This document shows, piece by piece, positions 39,344 through 51,639 of a stretch of DNA of 64,000 nt. Made by a program: the position numbers and the translations under genes. Every line of letters begins with the position of its first letter. Positions within the stretch are counted from its first letter, which is position 1. The notes under the pieces were generated by a model, which ran no database searches, was not told where the DNA came from, and saw only the letters and a list, made by a program, of their open reading frames with translations. The DNA comes from Ginglymostoma cirratum (taxonomy: Eukaryota): assembly GCA_024137785.1 (NCBI GenBank), contig JAHRHZ010000019.1:19957240-20021239 (forward strand). The letters are read 5' to 3'.

Positions 39344-39497
39344 GTAAAACAGGAATTGTTGGAGAAGCATAGGTGTCTCTGAACTCAAAAGGTTAATTCT
39401 GCTTTCTCTCTACAAGTGCTGCCAAACCTCCTGCATTTCTCCAGCAATTCCTATTGTTGTTTCAGATTTGCAGTGTCTGTGGTTCTTTGTTTGATTT
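39344..39497. mobile_element. Short palindromic Penelope-end relic just 3' of the exon D donor
   Basis: aggaattgttggagaa pairs with ttctccagcaattcct. The body is homologous to the 31712 arms. Confidence 0.7.
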
Positions 39498-41539
39498 TAT
39501 ATGATTGATGCACTTGTCTGTTTCCAAGCAAACTTAGTAATCTTCCAACTGTTAACCTGCTATCACTGTAATGTAGTGTTGTGATCAAGCAAAGTTTAGA
39601 AATATTGGCAGTGTTTTTAGCTAAGCTAGGGGAATGTGTAGTGAATGACAATTACCTACAGAAAACAAACTGCAGATAGCTGTGGAGTATAACTTATTTG
39701 GCTGCTTCAACCAATCATTAAAATGCGATATTATGAAAACTAGGTATTATGAGCATTTATGCCATGCTTACAGATAATGACTGTTGACTACTGGACCGAA
39801 ATCATTCTTCAAAATTATTGCACACGGCAATTCTCGGAATTGTTGTCTCCACCTTTGAGAGAGTGGACACTGGAATTGATGCATTCCATCCAAGAACAGG
39901 TCATTGTGGCTAAGAAGTCTAAGGTGGCTTCTGTTTGACGTTGGCTGGCTCCCCACACAAGCAGATGTCTAAGGGTATGGTTTTAAGCAGTGGCTTTTAT
40001 GAGGTTACGGGAAAATGTCCATTGAGGAATGCTTGTAACATATCAGTCAAAGGACATATTGCAGAGGAGGTACTTTGTGGTCTAGATGAAGCTGTATAAT
40101 AGAATGCTTGATAGAAAGAGGAAAAGTTCTTTAATGGTCAGTACACAGGAGAGCCAATTGTGCACGCTACAGGAGGCTGTGTGGCCAAAAGTTTACTACC
40201 AACTCTAATATATGTTAAGCAAGTTTCCTGTGATGTGTACAAGTTACATGATATTGAGTGGATACCTGCAGTTTAAGCGTAGATTAGAATTATCTCTGGG
40301 GAGTTGCAAATGATCATTTTAAACCTGAAGAAAACTGAAACTTAATTTTTTTTTTAAATGGGTCAATTATACGAGCTGTATTTCCTGGTCTGGATGTAAA
40401 CAAATACAGAGCAAGATTAATGTTTCATTTAAGCATAATTTAAAATAGATAATTTGGCTAAAAGGAGGGGTTCTAAACACTGGAGTCTGATCAGAAATAG
40501 CAATTGACATTGTGAAGAAAGGGAGGATTGTGAATAATTTCCCTGAAACGAATAACGGTGATGACAAACTTGGGATGTGGGTTAGAGAGGTTGCTGAGTT
40601 TAGTCATGAAGGAAATAACACATCGATCACAAATAGCCTATTAAAAAGATTAACATGAGTTCATTTCCTTCAGTAGCACAGAACAGCTTTGATTTGTTCC
40701 CAGTTACTGAACCTGTGCACTATAAATATATCTTTTGGTTCTTATTAATATGTGCTGAATCACTTCATGGCAAGTTGGCTCAGAGCAGTTCAAGTGTGTA
40801 AAAGTATGTTTTGAGTCAATAGCAGTGATGTGAATTTCTTACCAGTGCTAAATTGTCTTGAGAGGTCTTGCTGCCAGTCTTCCTATAAAGTATCAGTTAC
40901 CAAAATTTCTGGTTAATTTAGACGGTACAAAAATGTAATAAAATTATTTTCTGACCTGGCAGATTCCAAGTGATCACTTCCAGTTGCCATTGATCTTCAA
41001 AGTTACTGGTGATTAATCGCCACCTGTAATTGACTGTGAAATAAATCGTACAACTGCTGGTTCCTAATATGTCATCAAAATTGATGTGCAACTTTAATCG
41101 GTATGGGGATAGGCTTGCTGTGTCAATTGTTTAGTTTCTGCTGGTTGTCTTTCTTATAATTTCAGCAGGATTGAACCTAAGATTGACACTGAATCCAAAG
41201 AAGAGTCCGATCAGTTTCAAAATGTTTACTCTAGTTCTCTGTCCATAGATGCTGCCTGATCTGCTTTGTTTCACCTGGGACCTTGTTTATTATTCTCAGA
41301 TTAATCACTCATCCACTTGTTAACCTTCAGTTTAATATTTAACCAAATATGTAGCCACCATATGTACAATTTATTACATTGTTTGAAAAATATCTGCATT
41401 TATAAATATTTTTGCAGTTCTTAATTTTGCTTTAGGTTTATCAGCATAGGTTTTAACTGCCCAAATATTATGGTTGCAATATAAAAATCTGTTTTCAGCT
41501 GGAAATAGATGCATCTTATTGAAGTCCTTCATCTTGCAT

Positions 41540-42040
41540 TCATCAGTGCAGTTCACAAGAAATGCCACCATAAAGGGTCATAACGCTTATGCTGTATTGG
41601 AGAAGTGAACTGATTGGTACCAGTGTTGCCATACAAATGTACGAATTAATGATGACTTCACTCAAGTGCACTATACTATGAGCCTGACTAACAATCATAA
41701 ATTGGTTGTCCGTTCCCACGCTCAGAACTACACGGCAAATGTGCCCCAATTGTGGAATCCGATCTAATGTTAGACCCTTGTGTTTTGAAAGTGCAGGCTA
41801 CATGGGTAGGGTCAGTACCTTGCTTGTTGCAAACAGCCAAAGTGATGTGCAGAGTGATATGAACCATCAGTCTTTGAAGTGTATGGCCTACATACCTGAC
41901 ATCATACTGGCACTGAAATTCAAAACCATCTTTTTGTGTGATAAACACAATTTTTTTTTTGACAGGATCACAATGTGGTGAATGTAAATATTGTCTTCTC
42001 TTTGATTTGGCACTTTGTGCAAATTGTCCTGATGAGTACA
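41540..42040 (-). mobile_element. Penelope-like element GIY-YIG endonuclease relic (second family)
   Basis: ORF 41688-42203(-) has FEFQCQYDVRYVGHTLQRL...SDSTIGAHL, a degenerate GIY-YIG/YVGxT-SAIGQH pattern. Confidence 0.75.
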
Positions 42041-42124
42041 AGACCAAAAGCTTTGACAATTTTTTTTCTCCTCCAGCAGTACACAACTTCTGTACCACCA
42101 AATGACTTTTTAAATCCAATTTTA

Positions 42125-42690
42125 ATAAAAGCAAAATACTGCCGTTGTTGGCAATCTGGGGAGAAAAATCAGTGCTAGAAGTTGTCAGCTGTTTTGGCAG
42201 CATTTGTGAAGAGAGGAAAAGTTAATATTGGAAGTCGAACATGACTCTTCAAAAAGAAAAGTAGAAATGCAACATGCTTAATTTGATCCCATAGGATCTC
42301 CGTCCTCAATTTTCTTTTTTTGTCAAGTCTCAGTCTGAATCTTGTTTATAAACTTGCTTTTAGTTCTTTAGTCTTCTATTCAGACTGTCGCTGGATTAAT
42401 GCTAAGAATTCTCACCACAGCTATTAACACTCCCTTCGTCTTTTGTTCCATGTCATCATTGTCATTTAACCTCTCTCTTTTGTCCAGTACCCAAACTAAA
42501 ACCTTCCCTTTTGTTCTTCCTTCTCTTCTGTCCTGTCCCCACTTTTCAACAACAGAAAATACATCTCGTTCCTTCCTTCTGACACTTCTGAATGAGAGCC
42601 ACATCGACTCAAAACATTAATCGTGCTTTTCTCTCCTCAGCTGCTACCAAATCTGTTGCCTATTTCCAAAGCTTTGTTTTTATTTTTTCT
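42125..42690. mobile_element. Old Penelope terminal region with inverted arms
   Basis: Left arm: aaaagcaaaatactgcc...ggcagcatttgtgaagagaggaaaagttaat. Right arm: ctgaatgagagccacatcgactcaaaacattaa...ctgctaccaaatctg. Confidence 0.55.
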
Positions 42691-43189
42691 GTAAAAGTCT
42701 GGTTGCCTATTTTTGATGGCTTTAGAATTGCACAAGGTCTCTACATTGTACTGTTGATCCTTATGAAATGAGAACCAGTTCAGTTCTTTGAACTTGTTAT
42801 CATAGCATAAAGCATGAGCCTTGAAATTAATTTTGTACTAATGATTTTGTTTTCTTTAAGCAGTGAATTCCAATGACTAATGAGGGAATAAAGGAGTTAA
42901 TAATCCTTGGCAGTGTGGGAGCTAAATTAGTGAATAGTTGGGATGACAGCATCACTGAAGCACTACTGGATTAATGACTCTCAATATTGGTCATTTCCCT
43001 CCTGCGCACCATCAGTAAAGCCTCTATGCCAGTCATACAATGAACATAGAATGAGCAAGTAGTTAGAAATGTACAGAAAGAAAATCATGAATCACGGCTT
43101 CTTGCAACTTCAACAGAATGCTAGCAATAATACCCTATTCCAGAAGGCGACAACCTTTCAGTTTACTGAAATGTCTTTTAAAAAGATTT

Positions 43190-45580
43190 GCCTGAAACGA
43201 AAGCTAAAAGCTAAAGACGTTGATGGTAGTATTTTGGCATGCAAAGACTGTTGGCTGGCTAACCAGAATTAGAATAAACAAAAATGCCTTGTGTAATTAG
43301 TGTTGTGCCGTCGGGACCTGTACTGGGGTCTCAAATATTTACAGTTTATATAAATTAATAGATAAAGCAATCTGAAGGATGGTTGCTACATTTGTTGACA
43401 AAATAAAGATAGGTAAGTAAATAGGTCACAAGTACGGTACAAAGGAGTGTAGATACATTAGGTGGCAGAAGGTCTAGCAAATGGAGTATAAAGTGGGGAA
43501 AATGTGAAACTGTCCATTTGGACAAGACATAAGAGAAGCATATTCTCAAAGCAGTAATACATTGCAGGGATCTGGGTTACCCTGGTTCAGGGATTTGACT
43601 TTCCTTTCAAAAGGACAGGCAGAAAGGAAAGAGAATAGCAGAGTATCTTTGTTAGTACACAATGGAATAAGTATGATATCAATAAAAGATCTAGGATTGG
43701 ATTACGGGTGGAGATTTTTAAAAGAAATGAATGAGGGGAAGATGACACTGGTCAGAGAGTGAACCAGCCTAAATACTTTGCTCCAATCTTCATTGAAGAT
43801 TGGGAGCAGCAGGGAGACTTGTACTATTGCCAACACTATGGGCTGTATCATATGCAGTATGTAATTGTGGATAGAGGATTGGTTAACGAAAAGAGGAATG
43901 AGAGTTGAGATAAAGGGAGCATTTTCGTGATGGCAGCTCGTAACTACTGGAGTGCCAAGGGATGTGTGCTGAGGTCACAGCTCTTTACCATGTATTTTAA
44001 TGATATAGATGATGGAAGTAACTTTGCTATCACTAAGTTTGTGGATGACAAAAGTACTTTGGAATGACACTGATGACACAGAGTCTACAGAGGGGACGAG
44101 CCAGGTTGAGTCAGTAGGAGATAACTTGACAAATGGATTATAATGTGGAAAAATGAGAAGTATTGCATTTTGGCAGAAAGAATAGAAGTGCTGAATTTAG
44201 TCTTTAAATCAGAAAAGACTACAGAAAGGAGAGATTTGAGGGTCTTAGTTTTTAAGCTGTTTATAAATGAACATCCAATTTCAGCAGGTAATACACAACA
44301 CAAATGTAATATTAGTCTTTATTTCAAATGGAATGGAAAAAGAGGTCTTGCAAAAGTTCTGCAAGGCACAAGTCAGATCACACTTGGAATGCTATTTGTA
44401 AGTGTTTTGGTTCACTTTTCTAAAGAAGTTAAATGGGCATTGGATGGAGTCCAAAGAAGATTCGCAAGATTGAATCTGGAAATGAAGGGGTTTTTTGATC
44501 TGGAAAGGTTGAGTAGGTTGGGCTTGTACTCATTGCAACATGTAAGATTCTTGGGGAGCTCGACAAAGTGGATGCTTAAGTAAAGGTGTTACAAATTTCC
44601 CCTTGTAAGAGAATCGAGAACCAGCCGACGCAGTCTCTAATTAAGGGATCACCCATCTAAAACATAGATGAGGAATTTCTGACCCTGAGAATACGAAGTC
44701 TGTGGAATTATTTTCCTCAGAGGCTGCTGACGCTGATTCAATAAATCTATTCAAGGCTGAGATGGATAGATTTTGATCAATAAGGGATTTGAGGGTTATG
44801 GAGATAAGGCCGGAAAATGAAGCTTATTAGATCTCAGGATCTCAGCAAATGGCAAAGTTGACACAATAGATCGGTTGGCCTAGTTCTCCTCTTGCATCTT
44901 ATGGTCTTTGCATATGAAGTGGACAAGGTTTGCGTGCAGGTAAAGCAAGTAATTTGGAAAGCTAATAGAATGGTACCATTAATTGCAAGAAAAATTGCAT
45001 GCAGAATGGGGCGGTTATTCTTCAGTTATAGAGGGCGTTAGTCAGACGGTATCTGGAGTGCTGCATACAGTATTACCTCCTTTTTTTAAAAAGTAAAATG
45101 TAAATGAATTATAAGCAGTTTAAAAAGTTTTAACAAACAATGACCTAGAATGAGAGTAATGGGTTGTCTCATGAGGAAAGGTTGGGCGAGCTAGGCTTGA
45201 TCATACTGGAGTTTAGAACAGTACAAAGTAGATTAATTGAAACTTGTATGTTCCTGAGGACCCTTGGTGGGGTGGAATTGGAAAAGATGTGAGAAAACCT
45301 AGAACAAGGATCACTTTTTAAAAATGAGAGTTGCCTGTTGAAAACAGAGATCAAGATAATATTCTTTTCTTGGGGCTTGTAAATTTTCCTCAAAAGGCAG
45401 TTGAAGCAGAGTTTTTGACTATTTTTACAGTCGAGAGATTTTTAATGTGCAAGGGGTGAAAGGTGATTGAAGGTATATGAGAACGTGGAGTAATCTTTTT
45501 AGCCACAATCTCTTTTGAGCCACAGAGCTGGCTGGAAAGGTCAAGTGACCTACTGTTGCTCCTAAATCATGTTCAATAAT
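43190..45580 (+). mobile_element. Cluster of several decayed CR1 fragments
   Basis: Repeated CR1 motifs (ALDGVQRRFARL, ERLSRLGLYSL, taagtttgtggatgacaaaa) and two 3' UTR tails near 44900 and 45570. Confidence 0.8.
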
Positions 45581-46955
45581 CGCACAATTGTGACTTTGCT
45601 CGACCTTTTTGGGGTTTTTTTTTGTATCATTATAGAAAAGATTGGGAACCCAAAAGAAATGCTCGATATCTGCGGTGTCCATTGCCTACCTGGATAGCTT
45701 GATTCGTATTCATGTTATTTGGTCGTGGATTTGTACATCATAGTGGAATAAACTGAGGTGGCACTCAGCTGAGTAATTCAGACTACCCAATTCCCTTGCA
45801 CCTATGGTATATCAATCTCAGATCAAAATTGGCCAAGTTTAATACAAACAGCGTAAATGGAGTTAAACCAACCTTAAATTTTAATTATTTTATGCTGGAA
45901 GCAATTGATCCTGGTGGACAGTTGAATGAGACAACATCCCTTTGTCCTGTGTCAAATCTGATACTTAATAGCGGATAATGCTAATAGAGGCCATTCTACC
46001 AGACATTAAATGGGACTTAGGGTGATGGAATGTATGGTTGTGAACGTATGTAAATGGGTATGATTAAGGTAAGTAGTCTATTAAATGTGTACTACCACCA
46101 AAACACACAGGTAACATGCTTAATTTTGAATAAAACTGGGTTTAACTATTTCTATTGCTGAAGGAAACTAGTGGACTGACCTACATGAATTAATTACTTT
46201 TGTTGATGTAAAACACTAAAGCTATCACTCAAAATCACATCAGTTCACTTCAAGTAGTTGAGTTGCATTGGAATTGAATTTGGATTCCAAAGAAAGATAT
46301 ATAGGCCTTGTTGATCCTTGTGATCAGTAAGTGTATTTTTGATCTAACTGAAGATTTTATTATTATGGGAGATTAGCAAGAGTTGTGACTGCCAAGATTT
46401 TGGTTTTGCCGTCACAGTCTGCTACAACAGCTGAGCAGTCAGAAAATCTGCTGGCACTTGCTGCCCCTTCAGGCATATAGTCTGTAATGCCATCAGACCT
46501 GAAAGAAATGACTGAAATCTCATTTTGCTAGCAGCATTAAAATCGATTCAGAGACTGACTGACCTGTCTTTTGAATGTTACGTCCGCTCTTGAAGGATTG
46601 CATTTTATACAGACAAGCCAGTCAGGAATTGGTTCATGAAGATAGTGGCTTCATCAAGGCCAATGTGAATGGGGACTAGTTGACTGAGTTATTGGAGGTG
46701 ATTGCTGTTGTATTTCAGACTCCTGCTCTCATACTTGTGACAGCTTGGCATGCTCTCAGATACCATAAGGCCAATGTTTCTTGTTGGCATGTGCAATGGA
46801 GTGAGTCCTACTTAGAAGGACTGAAATTAATGGGGGAGGAGTGTTGTAGGATTTTCAAAGCTAACCAGTTTCTACATGGACAAGGTTGTCATTGTGTTTT
46901 GTGATAATGTGTTCCAATGTATCACCTTGTATCAAACAACTTTTATCTCTTTCAG

Positions 46956-47015
46956 GATAACAGCACTAATCTCCTGTTCTATCTGGTTTCCTATTTTTTG
47001 CGTAATTTTGACAAG
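46956..47015 (+). CDS. FMN2: FMN2-like FH2 exon E (60 nt, phase 0 to 0): DNSTNLLFYLVSYFLRNFDK
   Basis: Acceptor ttttatctctttcag, donor gtatgc. Aligns with remembered FMN2 [20 protein letters not shown]. Confidence 0.95.
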
Positions 47016-47191
47016 GTATGCTTTTTAATTACTGAATAATTGCATGTTTCTGGTAATTTTTAAAGTAATTTTTGTGGATAAACCAGCTTTATTTTAGATT
47101 TGCTAAAATAAAATTATATACATTAGTTACTAGATTGAGAAGTAGGGAAATGATTTCTTGCAATCCATAAATTCCAAATGTCTCATCCCAG

Positions 47192-47312
47192 GATGCAGGT
47201 ACAGAACAAAGTGTCTTCCCCATGCCAGAACCACAGGACTTGTTTCAAGTTTCTCAAATGAAATTTGAAGATTTTGAGAAGGACCTCCGTAAACTGAAAA
47301 AGGACTTGAAAG
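47192..47312 (+). CDS. FMN2: FMN2-like FH2 exon F (121 nt, phase 0 to 1): [40 protein letters not shown]
   Basis: Acceptor tctcatcccag, donor gtaaac. PEPQDLFQ[21 protein letters not shown] matches FMN2. Follows exon E after a 176-nt intron. Confidence 0.96.
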
Positions 47313-47754
47313 GTAAACCATTTTCTCTTTTGACTCTTAGCCTATAAGCAGTGTACTTGTCACTCTACTGGACTATGGAAACAGAAGCTACAAATGGAAG
47401 GATTCTCAGCTCGATAAACATGTTCACTGCTGTTTTATGTATGAATGAATTTTTTCAGAATGATTTTATTGTCACACGTATTTTATGGCGAGCAAAACAG
47501 TAAAGTACGGTGAAAAGCTTTTCCAATATTGTCACAATTGACGCCATTTTGTGTAATTTAAGAATACCCATTGATACGCAGTCGATCCGAGTGTAAGCTT
47601 AGCTCTTGTTTGAATTTCATCTATTGTATTCATATAAAATTAATAATAAAATAGTTTCTAGTTTTGTATTTAGTGATATTTGCTCACCAAGTGAATCATT
47701 TTTTGACTACTTATGATTCTTTTCACTACTAAATTTAAATCTTCTGTCACTATA

Positions 47755-48116
47755 GATGGCGATGGCCTAGTGGTATTATCACTGGACTGTTAATCCAGAG
47801 ACCCAGATGAAATTCTGGGGATCCAGATGTGAATCCCACCACAGCAGATGATGGAATTTGAATTCAATAAAATGTCTGAAGTTAAGAGTCTAATGATGAC
47901 CATGAATCTATTGTCAGTTGTTGGGGGGAAAAACCCGTCCGGTTCACTAATGTCTTTCAGGGAAGGAAACTGCCATCTTTACCTGGTCTGGTCTACATGT
48001 GACTCCAGACCCACAGCAATGTGGTTGACTCTTAACTGCCCTCTGGGCAATTAGGAATGGGCAATAAATGCTGCCTAGCCAGTGATGACCTCATCCTGTG
48101 AATGAATAAAGAAAAA
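47755..48116 (+). mobile_element. Full-length tRNA-headed SINE (about 360 bp)
   Basis: A-box-like tggcctagtgg and B-box-like gtgaatcccacc. Body ccggttcactaatgtctttcagggaaggaaactgccatc. Tail gggcaataaatgctgcctagccagtgatgacctcatcctgtgaatgaataaa. A second copy lies at 57681(-). Confidence 0.88.
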
Positions 48117-49600
48117 GCAGCCGTATATTTACAACTATATTAATAACCAAGATTTAGCCATCTTCAATTATGTAATATCAGAGGAGGTGGGCATTGTGCC
48201 AATTGTATTTGGTGGACGGGGCATTTTGTATTGTACATATTGCTATCCCACAAGGTGATAAGAGTGTACACTCCAGAATTACGTTAGTTCAAATCACTGG
48301 TGAAACAGCCACTCACCAGTGTCCTTTGTAATTTTCTTCCATTTAGTGTATTTCCATAGTAAATATTCTGACCTAGTGCAACATTAATCATTGTCACAAC
48401 ATTCAAGGAAATGTATAGCAATCATGTCAGTGTTATCGGCTCTTGTCTATTAAAGGACCAATCCTATGCTGGGTGAATACGAGCTTAATCCAAACATTTT
48501 TAAGCAACATTTGGATTTATCTCCTCATTTGTTCAAATTGAATGTTGCAGTTTGGGTTTTTATACAAGATATGCTCCATTGTGCCTATTAGAAAGGTCCT
48601 GATAACCCAGCAATTCTTGTCTGAAGAACAACTCTGGAATCAACATTAAGCGAATTTATTCAATAATTGAGCAAGTGCACAGAAGTAATTTACTATGGAA
48701 TTGTAGCAAATTCAGCTTTCAGTACGTTGCATAGCTGCAACAGACAGGAGAGTCGAATTAGTTAAATGGCTCCTCCAAAGACCTGGTACAAGTATGTTGG
48801 AGTGAATGGTGACCTCATGCTGTAAGATTATATAATTTTAATGAAGTATGCTTTATTCAGTGATGAAAATAATCAGTGTTAGCTTCACTAACCAAGCGCA
48901 GGATCCTTGGCGGGGGGGGGGAAAGGTGCTGGAAATCTGAAGTAAAAACAAAGTTCTAGAATCTCCAAGCAGGTCAGGCAACACAGTTAATGTTTCAGGG
49001 AAATAACCCTTCAGTAGACCTAGGAAAAGTAAGGGATTAAAGGGGTTTGAGAAAAAGTGTGTAGGATATGAGGAGTTCTAAGGCCTGTGATAGCATCACA
49101 CCCAGGAGAGATTGAATTTCTTTGTGAAAATTCTATAATTAACCATTTCTTACTCTTAGGATAATTATGGTTGAAGTTATACAACAGTTGTGTACATATC
49201 ATGAGCTTCAAGAAATGCTGCTTGTTAATGATTTGCTGTGCATGATAGGTTTCAAGTAGATAGGAAGTGACAATTCTATCACTTTAAGATGTTGTTTTGT
49301 CCATTTTTTTGTGAAGAGAGGTTGTAAGGCAGAGGCGCTGAGCTGTCTCTAGGAAAATAAACAGTTTGTGAGGCCTTATGTTTTTTTTAGAAGTTAGAAC
49401 AATGAAAGCAGCCTGGGTGTGGCCAGCTCTCTCAGACTTTCTAGTGTTTCGTTTTTAGTTTTTTGGCTTAGTTTTAAGCAGAAGCTGACTGGAGTCTGGA
49501 GTTGGAATCTTCATTAAATGTCTCCCAGCTGATATTTTCCCTGAATCTTCTCTTGTTTGTTTTTCCTCCTGGATTTGAGAACTGCATGTAACCATCTGTG

Positions 49601-50314
49601 ATAACAAGCATGGGGCTGGATGAACACAGCAGGTCAAGCAGCATCATAAGAGCAGGAAAACTTGACGTTTCGGGCCTAAACCCTTCATCAGAAATGGGGG
49701 AGGGGAAGAGGGTTCTGAAATAAATAGGGAGAGAGGGGGAGGTGGATAGAGGATGGATAGAGGAGAGGATAGGTGGAGAGGAGGCAGACAAGTCGAAGAG
49801 GCTGGGATGGAGCCAGTAAAGGTGAGTGTAGGTAGGGGGGTAGGGAGGAGATAGGTCAGTCCAGGGAGGACTGACAGGTCAAGGGGGCAGGATGATGTTA
49901 GTAGATAGGAGATGGGGGGTGTGGCTTGAGGTGAGAGTTAAAACAGGTCAGGGAGGTGGAGATGAGCTGGGCTGGTTTTGGGGTGCGATTGGGGGAGGGG
50001 AGATTTTGAAGCTTGTGGAATCCACATTGATGCCATTGGGCTGCAGGGTTCCCAGGCTGAATATGATTTGCTGTTCCTGCAGCCTTCGGGTGGCATCACT
50101 GTGGCATTGCAGGAGGCCCAGGATGGACATGTCATCTGAGGAATGGGAGGGGGAGTTGAAATGGTTCGCGACTGGGAGGTGCAGTTGTTTGTTGCGAACT
50201 AAGCGCAGGTGTTCTGCAAAGCAGTCCCCAAGCCTCCGCTTGGTTTCCCCGATGTAGAGGAAGCCACAACGGGTACAGCGGATGCAGTATACCACATTGG
50301 CAGATGTGCAGGTG
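49601..50314 (-). mobile_element. Penelope-like element, 5'-truncated, with intact-looking GIY-YIG C-terminus and 3' repeat
   Basis: ORF 49948-50367(-): TCTSANVVYCIRCTRCGFLYIGETKRRLGDCFAEH...PVANHFNSPSHS...EQQIIFSLGTLQPNGIN. Flanked by a 14-bp duplication at 49587-49600 and 50331-50344. Confidence 0.93.
49660..49695 (-). ncRNA. Minimal (type I) hammerhead ribozyme motif in the Penelope terminal repeat
   Basis: The minus strand reads auuu-CUGAUGA-a-GGG-uuuagg-CCC-GAAA-C-GUC-aagu: conserved core boxes, 3-bp helix II, palindromic ACGU helix III and a GUC cleavage triplet. Confidence 0.65.
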
Positions 50315-51639
50315 CAGTACCTTTTATCTCTGTAACCATCTGTGTCTGAATTTGTCCTTTTTGCCAAGGGGTGTGTGTTTATGGGATGTTGCTATATTAG
50401 AACAGTTAATTAGTAATGGGTACTGTATCTAGTTAAGTTATTCCAAATTCCCCCCTCTTTTGTTTGTATTTTAACTATAGAGTTTAAATAAATTATGTTT
50501 TGCTTAGCGTTGAGTAGTTTGACCAGTCACATTGCATCTGGAACACAGCACATCACGTCTACCTTTTAAAATAAGAAAAGGCGAGGGGCCATTTAAGCAA
50601 CCATGAGTTGGTAGACTGTAAATTGTCAAAGGAACAGCATTGAACTGGTGTATGTATTTTAAATGTAGCTTAACAACTGTTTCACTTCCACATGCCATGG
50701 CTTTGTGAAGACCCAGCCTCACCCTTCTTGGCAACTAATGACCTATAGTAACCTAATCTGCTTTTGATCATCCACAGCAATCAATATCTGCCCTTGACAA
50801 TTGGAGCAATTGATGGCTTTGTGCTTGGGCTCTTTTTTTACATTGGATATTGCAGCATTCATCACTTGGCCAGAATCAATTTAAGCTGCAGAGAGGTGCT
50901 TTTAGATCACCGATCTTTGTAGAGAGCCATCTTGGTGTTCAAAAATTCATGTTCTTTAACGCGTTCACCTTTGATCCTCTCCCAGTTTTATTCATGGAAT
51001 CCCTATTCTGAAACAAACTACAATGGGCAAGTAATAAAATAAAACCCTTTCAAAGATTTGCTAGTTTAAAGGAGTCCATTGCAGACACTGTCCAAATTAG
51101 AGTTCTCAATTTTGAGACACAAATGCTAAAAATTGCCTGAGATTTGTTTCAAGGTGACATTCTGATTGCTCAAAACTTACCTTCAGAAAAATGGCATCCT
51201 GGAGAGATGATTTATTTCAATACAGATCGAACAACCATTTCTTGAGAAAATGTACATTACATACGTATTTAGCAATAACTGCCTGCCTTGTGAAGAGTAC
51301 TTGAAGACTAGATTGTTACTAAACTGACGATTTAGGCTATACTATCACTTAGGTATTCCAAATTTATCCACCGCTTCTTTTGTAATGATTGCAATTTGGT
51401 TAAGGATACGCTAATTTGTAGGGCCTACTCCCATTTCTGATACGGCCGAGAAGTAGGATCCACAGGACAGCTGATATTGCTAGCTGCTTTTCAGTACCTT
51501 TTTAATGATATGGGTCCCATCTTGGTTTCAGGAGTCACATAATAGTAATTTGTACACCCAAGTTCAGACTCGGCACTGTTCTTCAACTGCATTTCAACCT
51601 GATCGACTGACAAGCTGGGAACAGTAGAGGCTCATTTAA

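Larger units (their letters stand above)
49265..50590 (+). mobile_element. LTR-like host element interrupted by a Penelope insertion
   Basis: Starts gtgacaattctatcactttaag and has an internal aaataaa at about 50487. The two halves are joined by the duplicated tgtaaccatctgtg. Confidence 0.45.

Noticed and set aside
49948-50367. GIY-YIG ORF as a domesticated nuclease or prokaryote-like system
   Set aside because: It is embedded in a typical truncated Penelope element. The N-terminal residues come from flanking sequence.
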